Positions 1 to 12,679 of a DNA stretch of 64,000 bases are shown here, piece by piece. The DNA lies in contig NEEC01000004.1 of NCBI GenBank assembly GCA_002189035.1, positions 2,418,001-2,482,000 on the forward strand, read 5' to 3'. The first letter of the stretch is position 1. The number at the start of each line of letters is the position of its first letter. The translations under genes and the position numbers were made by a program. Below the pieces are notes generated by a model that was given only the letters and a program-made list of their open reading frames with translations, was not told the origin of the DNA and did not search any database. Origin of the DNA: Utricularia gibba. Taxonomy: Eukaryota > Plantae > Magnoliophyta.

Positions 1-1479
1 CAGATGAGATCAGATCAGGGATGGTGGTGGGTATTATGCCCTACTAGGCACTGCGCTTTGGCGTTGTCGCTGTTCGATGCCCTCACATGACCTCCACGTG
101 ACTTGACATCTTTCTGCTACCTCAGTCGCGTGCGTCTGTCTGGTGCGGTGTAGTAGCAGTCTCACATTAGCTTCAACACATGACCATTATTTGAAGTGAA
201 ACCCGTTTGTTGTTTTGCTTGGCGAAAGCGATAATGTTGAGGAGGAGCATGATGGGATGGGATGCGCCTGGGGCTGGGAATTGGGGATTGGGGATGATGA
301 GCCGCGGCTCATAAAGCTGCTGTAGTTTTTGAAATACATGTAATAATATCAATTTATGTGAAAAAGTGCGACAGCCAGGGAGGCTTTTTTTGTGTGTGTG
401 CTCGCCAGCCTGTCTGTGTTCCTCATAAACGCCTTCAATTATTTTGTCTCCAAATCACGTGTTTAATTTCATAATAAAATAAGTATTTCTCAAATTTCCC
501 ATCATTAATTACTATAATTGTTCAAATTATTTTGAAAATCCATTTTTTGTAGATATATTCGATTTCATATACACGTTAGCATATATATTTTGATATTCTA
601 ATAACTGATTTGTATTCAAATGAATTCGTTAATAATGCAGTCGGATGTGGTGTTTATTTAGATCTGTTACATTGGCAATGGTTACTAAATCATAATTATT
701 TCTGTGATTTTTAGTGATATTCTTTGAATAAAAAATAATACTAATTTAAAGCATAGATTTGAAAAAAATTGTAGTATCATCTTAAAATTGAAAAATCTAA
801 CATTTTATCTAAAAAATGATAAATTATGTACTATTTGATAATTTGATATGAATATTGAAAATTGATATATGGATGGAGACACTAGTTTAGGATTGAGACG
901 CGCATAAAACATGTACCGTAAATGTCCTGCGATTAAAAATTGAATAAGAAACCGCGTTCTTGGATGTGCACGTCCTTGTACCAAGCGGAGTCTCCGATAT
1001 TGTGTTTGTATGAAATGACGCTGATTTGTTTTTATTGTATTTGAAAACTGCAAATTAAAGATATCATTTTAATTTTATTTTTAAATGCGCTGTTAAAAAT
1101 TGCAGTTAGTTGTAAGATATGAGGTGTTACTTGTTTTTCTTTTGTTTATTAGAAAACTAATGTACAGTAAGATATTTACTCGTACCTAGCATTACTAAAG
1201 TAAATTGCTCGCTGATTCCCTAATCCATGTTCAAAGTCCCGTGCTCTTTTCATTCATTCAACTTGTACGCAACGGGTCTTTTTTAATTTTTTTTATTTAT
1301 GTAAATTTAAACATAAAATCCATACAATAAATGTTTTTAATTATTGCATGCTACACAATAAATCAACAGCCGACTGTTTCAGTTTTGTATATCTTTTATG
1401 GAAAAATTGATTAACCAGAATCATGGTCGCGCCCGATTGAATGATTTGAACTTTCCCTAATTGTAAAAATCACGCATTG

Positions 1480-1503
1480 ATTATTATTATTATTATTATT
1501 ATT
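1480..1503. repeat. (ATT)8 microsatellite
   Basis: Perfect ATT trinucleotide run read directly from the sequence. Confidence 0.9.
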
Positions 1504-3705
1504 AATATTACTATTACTGTGGTTGTTGTTTTTCCAATTCAAGGGCGTGGGGTGGGGCTTGGATCGGTAACTACTTTAGGCGTACAAGTTGGTTTGCATG
1601 TGCAAGGGTAAAGCTGTGGAATAAATGTATAAAGGGAATCCCAAAAATAACTTTCAAGTACGTGTTGCCTCCAAAGCTCCTTTTCCTTTTACGTTTGTGC
1701 ATAGGCTCCAGGCATGGGATGCTGCGTCAAGAAATAACCTAATTCAACTTGGGATTAATGAACGCCTGGGCTACCCGCCTGCACCTACGGAAAACAGTTG
1801 TCATTACCTAATTTATTAGGATTTTTCTTATCAGCAATTTGTTTGAACTATGTAGCTTCCTGCCTGCGGCCTCCTCTGTTATTAGCAGTTTACCAGCTGC
1901 TTGTTGATAATTTAACTTTTTTTTTTTCTGTAAGATCAAGTTGATAAAATACAATGATTTTAAATTATAGATATAAAATAATAAACTTGGTGTGAGAAAC
2001 CAAACCAGAGGGTGGGGTGGCACGTGTGGATCTAACGGCATGCATCCCATAAATACTTGATATCATTTATAAATTTGGTTAACCCTACCAAGATAAAAAA
2101 AAAAAAAATTACATTAAGAATGATTGGCTTTTCTTACATACATATAAACAAATGTTTATATTTTTTTACAAAGATCACATCTTCTTAGTCTCCATATTCC
2201 ATTCAACAGATCGGGCACAACCTGAGTTTGTTGGACACGAACCATGTAATAAAAAAACAAAAAGTCATTCACTCTCCTCCGGTACGAGATAGGGTGGAGT
2301 TAAACCGTTGGCTGCGGCATCCAGACCAAGCATCGTACACACATGTGGGTAGACAATGCACAATCCAAATGACGGGGATGCGGTCTCATTTTGTAATAAC
2401 CACAGCAACATAATGCGGATATACTCCCCCCCGCTTAGTTATACCAGGCATCACCACATGACCATTTTTTTTGCCCCCATGGGGAAAATAAAATAAACAA
2501 AAGGAAAATATGTAACAATTCTCATGTCCGTGAATGTGTATTTTAAAATTTACCCGAATTACAAGTTAAATTCTGAATTTTATAGAATTATCTATTTAAG
2601 TTTAAGTATTAATGACATAAATTATATTGTAACATATAATTTTATTTAATTATATTAATATGCTTTCCGTAGTTTGTTTTAATATATTTTGATATTTAGG
2701 CTTTCTCCCTGAAAACGATTTTTAATAAAAGGACAAATTTTACAAATAATGCAAGGAAACGAAGGGATTGATTTGATTTCCCATTCCCAAGGAAAAGAGA
2801 GGGAAGTTTTGAAAATCCTGAAAATTGGTTTTTATGAGGCGTGGAGTGGAGTGGAGTTAGTTGTAGGTACAGTTGCGTCGTGGTTGGAGGTTGAATTCTG
2901 ACGGCTGGAGCTGTGTTGCGCTGTGAGCCGGGGCGGGGCGGGAGTGGGGGCCAATCCCCACCAGGAACACGAAAACTATCCCCAAACTCCAACTCCTCCT
3001 CAACCCACTTCATTGTCACCGCGGCGCTGCTCATCTGACATTCATCTCTTTCCCTCGAGTTGAGCAACACAAGACATCGCCCACGAAAGGGTTTTCTGTT
3101 ATCTACAAAAACTCATCGGCGCCATTTCTCATCTTTTGCTGGGAATACGGATAGATATACATCTATGTATATCTCTCTTCTTTGTTGATTGGATGCATCC
3201 TTGTTTTTTTCGCTGTTCTGTATTTCTTTTTACGTCTGTTTGCACTATTCGTGTGCCACTTTGCGTGCCCCATCGGAGAACGCAGATGTCGTTCGTATTT
3301 CGATTTTCTGCTTGAAGAAATTGAAATCTCTGCTTTTCCCTCCTTGTGCCAGTTTGGTTGCTTCTGGGGTTTGACTTGCTGGGTCTTTTTTGGCGTTTTT
3401 CACCCTTTAGCATATGCTATTCTTTTCTTGATGCTTGCTTGAGACTTTGCTTTCCCGGTGAGAAATGCATCTCTTTCCTGCTGGATCTCACTCGGTAGAC
3501 ATTGTTTTTATGTCGGTGGGATCTGGCTTCGTGGTCTTTTCCAACCTCACTGATGCAATCAACTGATTAATTTTCAATGTTTCTTGTGCGGCAATGAATT
3601 TCTCTCCCGTTCCCCTGCATCTTGTCTTTTGGGCTCTATTATTTCAATCTTCCCCCACCTGATCATCCAACGTTACATATGTATCCTTCATTTATGCAGC
3701 TTGCA

Positions 3706-6700
3706 ATGGACAGAAGAAGCTGGCCGTGGAAGAAGAAAGCTTCTACAAGTGCTGTTGATAAGCAGACAAATGTGATTGAGAATTCGGTGCCTGTTTCAGA
3801 CAGCCACGTTCATAAGGTCCTTTTGATTCTCTAGTTTTGTTTTGTAATTGATAGAACTGCAGGGATTTTCTGCAGAGGGCTGGTTCAAATGGATTGTCTC
3901 TTTATTTGTTTTACAGCAGGTGAAAGAGGAGAGAAGACCAAAGAATGTACAGATCTCCATGGAATCGTACATCCATCTCACTGGATTGGAAAATCAGTTG
4001 AAGAGCTATGAAGAGGAAGTGCAGCGCTTGGAGGATGAAATAAATGATCTGAATGAACGGTTATCTGAAGCCAATTGTGAAATAACCAATAAAGACAACC
4101 TGGTGAAGCAGCACTCGAAAGTTGCTGAAGAAGCTGTTTCAGGTTTGAATCTACCGATTGTATGTCTCCGTTTTTCTTCAGGATGGCTGGAGGAATGTTT
4201 GATCTGGAATTTGTGCGTTTGTTTAGGTTGGGAAAAAGCCGAGGAAGAAGCTGCTGCGTTGAAGAATCATTTGGAGTCAGTTACAATGCTAAAACTCACC
4301 GCTGAGGACAGGGCATCACATCTTGATGGTGCGCTGAAGGAATGCATGAGGCAAATTCGGAATTTGAAGGATGAACACGATCAGAAATTGCAAGAAATTG
4401 CTCTGAGCAAAGCAATAGTGTTTGACAAAATGAAGTTGGAGCTCGAGGGGAAGTTGTTTGCCTTGGATCAAGAATTAATGAACGCTGTTTCTGAAAATGC
4501 TGCACTATCAAGATCTTTGGAAGAGAGATCTAGCATGGTTTTCCAGCTAAGTGAAGAAAAATCAAGGGCACATGCTCAGATCCAACTGTTGCATAGCAAA
4601 ATCGAGTCGTGTGAGAAGGAGATGAATTCCCTTAAATATGAAGTCCACATTGCGAGGAAGGAGGCTGAGATTTGTGGTGAAGAGAAGAACATTTGTGTGC
4701 GCTCCGCCGAGGTGGCAAACAAGCAGTATCTTGAATCAGTGAAGAAAATAGCTAAACTTGAGGCAGAGTGTCAAAGATTGCGTGTTCTTGTTCGGAAAAA
4801 GTTACCAGGACCAGCAGCAATAGCTCAAATGAAGCTTGAAGTTGATAATGTGGGTGGAGACTACGGTGAGCCTCGTTTTAGGAGATCCCCGGGGAGGTCT
4901 CGCTCTCCCCATTCATCTCATTCTTCAGAGTTCTCTCTTGAGAATTCCCAGAAATACATTAAAGAGAATGAAATCCTCAGTGGTCGTCTAGTGGCAATGG
5001 AGGAAGAAACAAAGATGCTGAGGGATGAATTGGCTAAGCGTGATAGCGAATTGCAATCTACTCGGAGTATGTATGCAATAACAGCAACCAAGCTGCAAAG
5101 TCTAGAAGCAAAACATTCAAGCCTTCTGAAATCTACTCAAAGTCACAATGAAGGTGTCTTCAGTAAAAAATCTAACAAGCTGCCGAGTTTCCCGTGTTCA
5201 TTTGGAGAGATGGTTGACGACAATGTAAGTAGTTCTGGTTCGTGGTCTGCTGGACTGCTCTCCGAGCTTTCTGACACCAAAAGGCTAAAAAATGCAGATA
5301 TTAGTCCAGGGATAACTGAGAACGCGGACGATCGGGATCTTATGGATGACTTTTTGGAGATGGAAAAGTTGGCATATTCAGCAAATGAATCTAATTCAAT
5401 TCTTTCTGACGCGGATGTTAGACTACAACATCAGAAAACAGAACCTCCTGTTGAAGGTCTCTCTATCTCCGGTGGGATCCCTCATTTGCAGGTGGATTCA
5501 TGCCTGTCTGCAGAACTCAAGTCCTTATTATCCTCAGTGGTCAAGGCAATGACCAATGAGAATGGTCAGGTATCAACAGCTGAAAATGCGAAACATTTTA
5601 TTCAAAACATGTGTGACTTCCTGCTTCTTCAGCCAGAGAATCTGGCCGTGGATGCCAGTAACTCTTCCGCCACTGCACAAGAATTGAAGGCTGCCGCTTC
5701 TCGGATCTGCGAATTTATTCTGATACTTGGAAGAGAGACTAAGCATGATCCTGATGCCCGTCATTGTGGAGCCACTCTACATTCCCAGATTGATATGATC
5801 GTCTCCAAATACATGGGCACCATGGACAGTGACATTAATCCAGTTGACTTTGTTGTCGACATCTCTAATGTGTTTTCGGAAGCAAGCAAACTGCATTTCA
5901 ATGTCTTGGGAGCGAAAATCTCTGAATCAGAAGCTAGTTCAGATTGTATAGACAAAGTTGCTCTACCAGAAAACAAAGCTGTTTTGGACTCAATGGGAGA
6001 GAGGTATCATCCCACAGGCTGTAGCCACTGTTCAGATAGTTGCTCCGATCCCGATGTTCCAAATTATGGGAGTCTAGTTCCGACCACGGAATCCTCCATT
6101 ATGGCATGGAAATGCTCAAAGGAGGAATTCGAAAAAATGAAAATGGAGCGAGATACCATGGTGGTTGATCTTGCTAGATGCATGGAAAACTTGGAAAATA
6201 CGAAAATGCAGTTTCAGGAAACGGAGCTTGTTCTTGCTGAAGTTAAGTCGCAGTTATTAGCTGCCCAGAAGTCGAATGGTTTGGCAGATACACAACTCAA
6301 GTGCATGGCAGAGTCTTACAAGTCACTCGAAATACGGGCTCAGGATTTACAATCAGAAGTCCATCACCTAAAAGGAAAAATTGAAACCTTAGAGAATGAG
6401 CTCCAGGAGGCAAGGACAAGTCTCTCAGAAGCACTCAGTAGATGCAAAGATCTTCATGAACAGCTTGACAGGGTTGATGCTTCCAAAGAATCCTGTATTG
6501 AAGACAAGGCCTCACAGGTAACAATCTTTTTGTTCTCTAGCCGGAGCATTTTTGGAGATCATAGTCTGTTTCTCTTGCGACACTTGCATACCTAAATCTG
6601 CTGCGTAGGATATAATGTTCCTGAAACTTGGCTATATTTTTTCCCCTCAGGAGAGGGAGTTGGCAGCTGCAGCTGAGAAGCTGGCCGAGTGTCAAGAAAC

Positions 6701-7104
6701 AATATATCTTCTTGACAAGCAACTGAGAGCCTTGCGTTTGCAACCCGAAATCACAAGTTCAATGGACAATGCAAGAGTCCCCGAGGTGAAACTTGTGTGG
6801 AAGAACCAAATACGAGCAGTACAAACCTGAAAGATGCTGCAGCATGCTTCGATATCGATACAGAAACGTGCTTACAGTTTCAGAGATGTGGCTTGGAATC
6901 ACCGTTATTGGATGTATCTAATCCCCTGTTCAGCCCTGACCATGAAACTGATAATACGATGAGATCCCCAATGACCTCAAAGCAACCGAAGCACCGGCAA
7001 TCGAAGTCCTGCTCATCCCCTCGGTCACTCCAACGCCAGAGAAGCAGGCTCGTGGGTTCATTAGGTTCTTTGCATCATCAACGAAGGGGAAGCTTAACCA
7101 GTAG
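3706..7104 (+). CDS. FPP: Filament-like plant protein (DUF869 coiled-coil, FPP4/FPP6-like); last exon carries two apparent -1 frameshifts
   Basis: ATG 3706 gives the family start MDRRSWPWKKKAS. Exons are 3706-3816, 3917(or 3920, NAGNAG)-4142, 4227-6517 and 6651-7104, all with GT-AG borders. Motifs seen: VAEEAVSG|WEKAE, KKIAKLEAECQRLRVLVRKKLPGPAAIAQMKLEV, LMDDFLEMEKLA, ERELAAAAEKLAECQETIYLL. The tail continues in two other frames (EEPNTSS...SPMTSKQPKHR, then SVTPTPEKQARGFIRFFASSTKGK*, TAG 7102-7104). Confidence 0.9.
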
Positions 7105-7459
7105 GAAGCGCGTGACTCAGCTCCGTTTCGATCAGGTGATGCATATGTTTGTGTGGGCAGATGAGGTGTAAATAGAGATGCTGATGCTCTTCCGTACGTG
7201 TATCTTTTGCGTAGTTCTTCATAGGGAAGTTGCAGAGAGATCCCTCCCTCCCAGTGTGTCTTCTTCCGCAAAAAAAAAAGAAAAAAAGAAAATTCACGAG
7301 TGTGTTGTAGTTATGTTGTGTGGAAAGATACTTTGAATTTGATGCTCATTGGAGCTTCCTCTTACCTCGTGGACGGATGACTATTTGGCGTCTACACCCT
7401 CCACGAGCTCTGGAAGAATTAAAAATTCAATGTGTTATAACCAATGAAGCTCCTTTGAT

Positions 7460-8540
7460 GATGAATGAAATAAGCTTGGCAACAACAGGGTTAGAAATTG
7501 TCCATCAACTTGTGAATAGAGTTGGGATTCATACCAAATTGGTATTAGAAGATAGGGTTGTGAATCTTAGAATTGAGTATTGAAAGAAAGAGTATTTATT
7601 GATATAAAAGTACTTTGATTACATTTTGAATTCATATATTTATAATAATTCATAAAAAGAATCGTTAGAAATATGTTTGTTGGAATCCAACAAATTGCAG
7701 CTGAACAATGAATATATCTTCTCATGAGAACTTTCAGAATTATCAATTTGGGCTTATTATTGCATCAATTAGTGGGCTAAGAAAAAACTGAACAAATACA
7801 TAAGAGATCTTTGAATGAAGAGTTAATATTGAGGGTGTCCCAAGCATTTCTAGCTTCAAGTGAAGTTTATATTCATATATGGTTTTTGATTAGAAATTCT
7901 ACCAAGGGTTCTTGTCTCTTTGACTTCAAAAGTAATTTTCTAAGTTCAATTGATGACATCAGCATCTTCAGCCTAACCTCATTAGTTTTCAACATTCTTC
8001 TGTAATGAGATATCAAAGTGTTTCCAATGATTCAAGTAGGATAGAGTCTCAAACCAAGTATTCCACAGATTTTGTAGGAAGTTTTCAAAAACACACTCAT
8101 GATAAGAATATGTGATGCTTGTTCCTAAGTTGGAATATATTCAAGTTTTATGCTTCATTCCTTGATATAATTTTCTAACACATGGTATTTCACTTTTATA
8201 TGTTTGGTCCTCCCAAACATTATTGGATTTTTTTGTTATACTAATTGTAGACTTGTTTTAGATTAACGAAGCTTCTCGCTTTCAAATCTAAATGTCCAGA
8301 TCTTTGTAGATTTTCATTAGCCACTATGCAAGGTTAGCGATGGAGGCATCACAAATGTATTCAGCTTTTACCAAGGATTGCACAACATCTTGTTTGGTGC
8401 TATTCCAAGCAAAGATGGCAGACCCAAGATTAAATCTATAAAGTCAAAATCTACAATGCACTGCGAAACATGTATATTTACATATTTATGGTAGAGACAA
8501 AGGTCTAAAGTTTCTTTTAAATATCTAATAATTTTTTTTG
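7460..8540 (-). mobile_element. Highly degenerate Ty1/copia RT/RNaseH fragments
   Basis: Minus-strand pieces resemble copia motifs: YSQVDG..PVVAKL near 7470-7540, KLEYIPT.EQ near 8120-8150, and KKIIRYLKETLDLCLY in ORF 8368-8550. Many stops and shifts. Confidence 0.45.
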
Positions 8541-8589
8541 TTATTTCCAAGTGTATAGCGTGTCGATTATGAAATTAGTGACATAGTTT

Positions 8590-11430
8590 ATCAATTTACA
8601 ATACCTTACACTCCTCGATAGATTAGAACTTGTGAAAGAGAAAATATAACTATAACGGACATGGCTCATTGCTTGTTGCAGAAAAAAATATGCTTCTAAA
8701 TTTTTTTTGGGAGAAATAGTCGACACTACAATGTACTTATTAAATAGACTATCAATTCAAGGAAATCAAGGAAGTAAAACACCCAATGAACAATGGTACA
8801 ACAAAAAATCTAGTGTTGAACATCTCAAGATATTTGTATCTATGTGCTACATGGGCTGAAAGAAAAAGGATTAATCTTGATCAAAAATCACCAATGAGAA
8901 TTTTCCTTAGATATAGTGAAGTGTCTAAAGCCTATCGAGTGTTTAATTTATAGACAAATAGAGTGGAGATCAGTCGCGATATAACAATGGATGAATCTAA
9001 ATAGTTCAACTAAAATCATATTGAAGATAAGTCTCAACAAGAATACATCATCTCCTTGATCAATCTATTTCCTAATTAAAACCAATCAGAAGTCTTCAAT
9101 ACAAATAGAAGACAAATCAATAAGATACTTGCAACACTCCTAAACTACTACAACCAGTTAAACATATCTCATAAACTTCAATCAATGATCAACACCACAC
9201 TTCAAACCTTTCTCTTGTCACAAGTCACAATTTGGAATTTCATGAACCTCACTTTGAAAGAAGTATTACCTGAATACAATGGTGAGGTTATTGATGTTTC
9301 TCCATCATAAATTGCAAACCTTGTTTGACATCTGAAAATTCTATTATCAACCATTTTGAAGAAGCAATTACTAGTGAAAGAAATACTAAAAAAAATTGAC
9401 TTGATAAATAATCTATATACCTAAAAATCCCATAAAGACCCTTATATAGATTCATTCAATTTTAATGAAGAATATTTTTATGAAATTTCTCATATATCAA
9501 GAGACAAGAATAGTAGTGATTTTTACATTACATCTTTTGAAATCGATGTAGAACATGATGATCCTAATTATGACCTTAAGTATATGCTTTGGTGTTGTCT
9601 TCAATTATAAGGGCCTCTTATGCTTCAGTTTTGGATGACCCAAAGCATGAATTTTGGGATGTTTTTGACTCACCAAAATATGTGAAACCTTTAGATCTAA
9701 AATGAATTAGAAGACTCAAACTAAATTCTAATGAAATCATGAATAAAAGGAAAATGCTTTCGTTGCGTGTCGTTTTCTCAACAAATTTTAAATATTTATA
9801 AAACGTAACACAAAAAAACGTAGTACGAGTATCGATCTCAGGGAGTCGTTTTTCGTGAAAAGTGTTTGTAAGAAACTTCCACAAAATGTCACGGTTTTGC
9901 AAAAGAGGGTTTTTAAGATGCAGAAATAAAAGTTACAACCTAAGTGATGGGCCTTGACTACGGTACGCAGTTCCTGGGAATAAGATTCCATCTCCTTCCT
10001 TTGTCCATCATTGCCTCGGTTTTCACTGATTTCTTCCGAATAGCTGGTTATAGGAGCAAGGAATAGCCTACTCTCCCTTACACTCTAATTGACAAGGAGG
10101 CACGGGAATAGCCTCAGGTAATTCCCCATTAGACGATTAGGAAGACAAGAGGATTGCCTTCAATTGCCCTCAAAACCGAATTGTGCACATGTGCCTAGCT
10201 GTTGCCAATGGCCAATGGCAGGTCTGATGTCACAACCTGTCCATTGTCGTGGTACCTAAGCCACAAACAATCTGCTACTTCTCTCGAACCTGTAGGGTTG
10301 GAGTTGATGCTCTTCACCTTGATCTTCACCAAAATCCGCGAGGAGTGGCCTGCTACTCATGGACATTGACTAAGAGTCGTTACAGAAAGACTGCAACAAG
10401 AGGGGTGGAAGTATGCGGAATCCGAATTGAATTCAGCGAAGAACTGAGTGTATTGCTCAGGACTTGGAAGGAAACTTCATCTACTTCCCAGAAACTAAAG
10501 GTTTTTAGCCCGAAAGTGCCATGAAAACAGAAACGGAAAATGAAAGCTTCCTCCTTGAAGAGGAGGAAGAACCTAAAAGTTCTAAGTACAAAAGAAAAAT
10601 GGCAAAAGTCGGAAACTAAGTGCTCCAAGTGGCTTTTATATCACTCTCCACGTGCATTAATTCCTTTGAGTCCCCTTCCCATCATTCCTTCTGTCTTGTG
10701 TGCGCCAGTAACTTTTCTTTGCGTGCAAGTTTGCGCCCAATCATTTCTGCAGACTCTGACATGCCGTAAGTCAGGGGCCTTAATCAGTGTCAATCTTCTG
10801 CCCACAATCATTCCAACTCGCGTACAAGGCACGAAAACTCAGAATCTGACCACTTGCAACACTCCATGACACTCTCCTGACATGTCTCGGTCAAAGTGTG
10901 AGAAAAAAGACAGAAAATATATACAAAATAGGAAAATGGGGATTTTCTAAGGAAAATCAATTTCTCATCAATATAATTCCTAATTGGGCGACTTAATACA
11001 TAATTAACACATAATAACACTTAATAAATAACTAGAAAATGACACTTAACAGCTTCTTACAAAAACTAGGAATAGATTGCTTTGAAACTTTTGCTCTAGT
11101 TATAAGATTAGACACTATCAATTTGGTTCATGCATATACAGCTTACAACAATTGGAAATGATTTCATCTTGACATAAAAAGTGACTTTTTAAACGGAGAG
11201 TTGAAGGAAGATATATAATCCTCATCCCGTTTTTTCTACTCAAAATGGAAAAAAAAGTTTTTAAATTGAAAAAAGCTTTTTATGGTCTCAAGCTCATAGA
11301 ATGGTATCTCATTATACATACTTATTTTGTAGAATAAGGTTACCAAAGAGGCAAAAATAACACTATACTCTACATTCACAATGATTCAAAAGGAACAATC
11401 ATTGTGACTCTTTAGAGATTTAAGTCTACT
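8590..11430 (+). mobile_element. Degenerate Ty1/copia integrase-RT fragment, interrupted by a solo LTR at 9761-11051
   Basis: Plus strand gives PYTP..ERK..DMAHCLLQKKNML..FW.E.VDTTMYLLNRL (integrase, about 8600-8750). At 11070-11300 it gives GIDCFETFALVIRLDTI...FHLDIKSDFLNGELKEDIY...KVFKLKKAFYGLK (RT). The RT sequence runs on across the LTR insertion. Confidence 0.75.
9761..11051 (-). mobile_element. Solo LTR, Athila-like family 'TGTTAAGTGTCATTTT', subtype II (copy D, 1291 bp)
   Basis: The minus strand starts TGTTAAGTGTCATTTT at 11051 and ends ...GACACGCAACG (CA to CG). Flanks GCTTT (9756-9760) and GCTTC (11052-11056) are a 4/5 TSD. Both ends are closely similar to 49916-50621. Confidence 0.85.
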
Positions 11431-12679
11431 TGAATCTTCTTTTTATCCTAACTTTCGTCTATCTCTAGTTAGGTTTTTTTTTGGATAAACACAATACTCT
11501 TCCCCCTTCTCCTCCTCTCTTGATGCTCATTTGACTACAAAAGAGTGAAAGATTTTGATTATGAACTAATAGGCAAGAAGCAACCCATCATTTTTCACCC
11601 TAAAGTATCAATTATTTGTTTAACCACTTATTTAGAATTAAAATAAGGTAAAAATATAAAACGGCACAATAAACATTTCAATGGTATCAGATGATGAGAG
11701 AAAAGATAAACATTAAATTAAACAAAACAAGTTTCAAAATGAAAATTAGATGTGTTTTTGGTCTGCTCCTAGTCTCAAGTGGTGTTCCCATAGTTGGTTG
11801 CTTAATTGAGTGAATGCAAGATCTTCTTCTTTTTCTACTCGATTCTATTCTTAGATGTTGTGGGTAGGAATCAGTGCTACAAAGGAATCTGATTTCGGGT
11901 CATGAGTTTAGGTTTTATATTCTTTTTTCCAATTTAGAGTCCATCTTCAGGTGAAATAGAAAGTGGTAAATGAGGTAGAGAATTTTAACATGAAAACTAT
12001 TGGAGCAGAAAAACCGTGGAGTTGTGTTAGAGGGGCTCATCGAAGAAAGGGTTCCACTCAAGAGAAGAAAAGAGGAGCTTTACATAAGTTGTGTAGAATA
12101 CAAGATGTGTATATCTTCAAACCTTCTTCTATTTATAGGGGAGGTTTGTCGACCGATTTCTACACATGTCAACTACTTTCTGCTTTTGATGGTTATGTTG
12201 GCTGAATATCTAGTCTTACTAACATATAACTGCCGCCTGCTTTGAGGCTCCTACAAGTCAACCATTTTTCAGGTTATGTTGGAACAGCCATCATTATCTT
12301 CTTTTGATCCCCATTGGTCTGTGTGCCCATTACAAGTCGTCAAAAGTCGTCTCCCTCTTCTCAACCAATTTGATATTCTATCCATCGATTGATTTATGTA
12401 TTCTTCTTATAATCATTTCCTGGTAGTGCATATCAATTGCTTTCTCCATTATTAGATTCTACTCTTTTTATATCTTTAAAATATAATTGTACCTCTTTCT
12501 TTTCCTTTTCAGTTTTGTCTTCTTAGACTTTCATTCTACTATTCTTGTGTTAGAGTAGAGTCTGCTAGATGTGGGACTCTTTAGATATGACTCAAAAGTA
12601 TGTTATTGTGCTCAAATATGCATGATTAATTTCAGGTTAGAAACAAATTATGGATTATTTAGTTTCCAATTTGAACAAA

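Noticed and set aside
3848-6595. 915-aa ORF taken as the FPP protein
   Set aside because: It starts inside intron 1, reads through intron 2 and ends in intron 3. The real start is ATG 3706 and the gene has a further exon from 6651.
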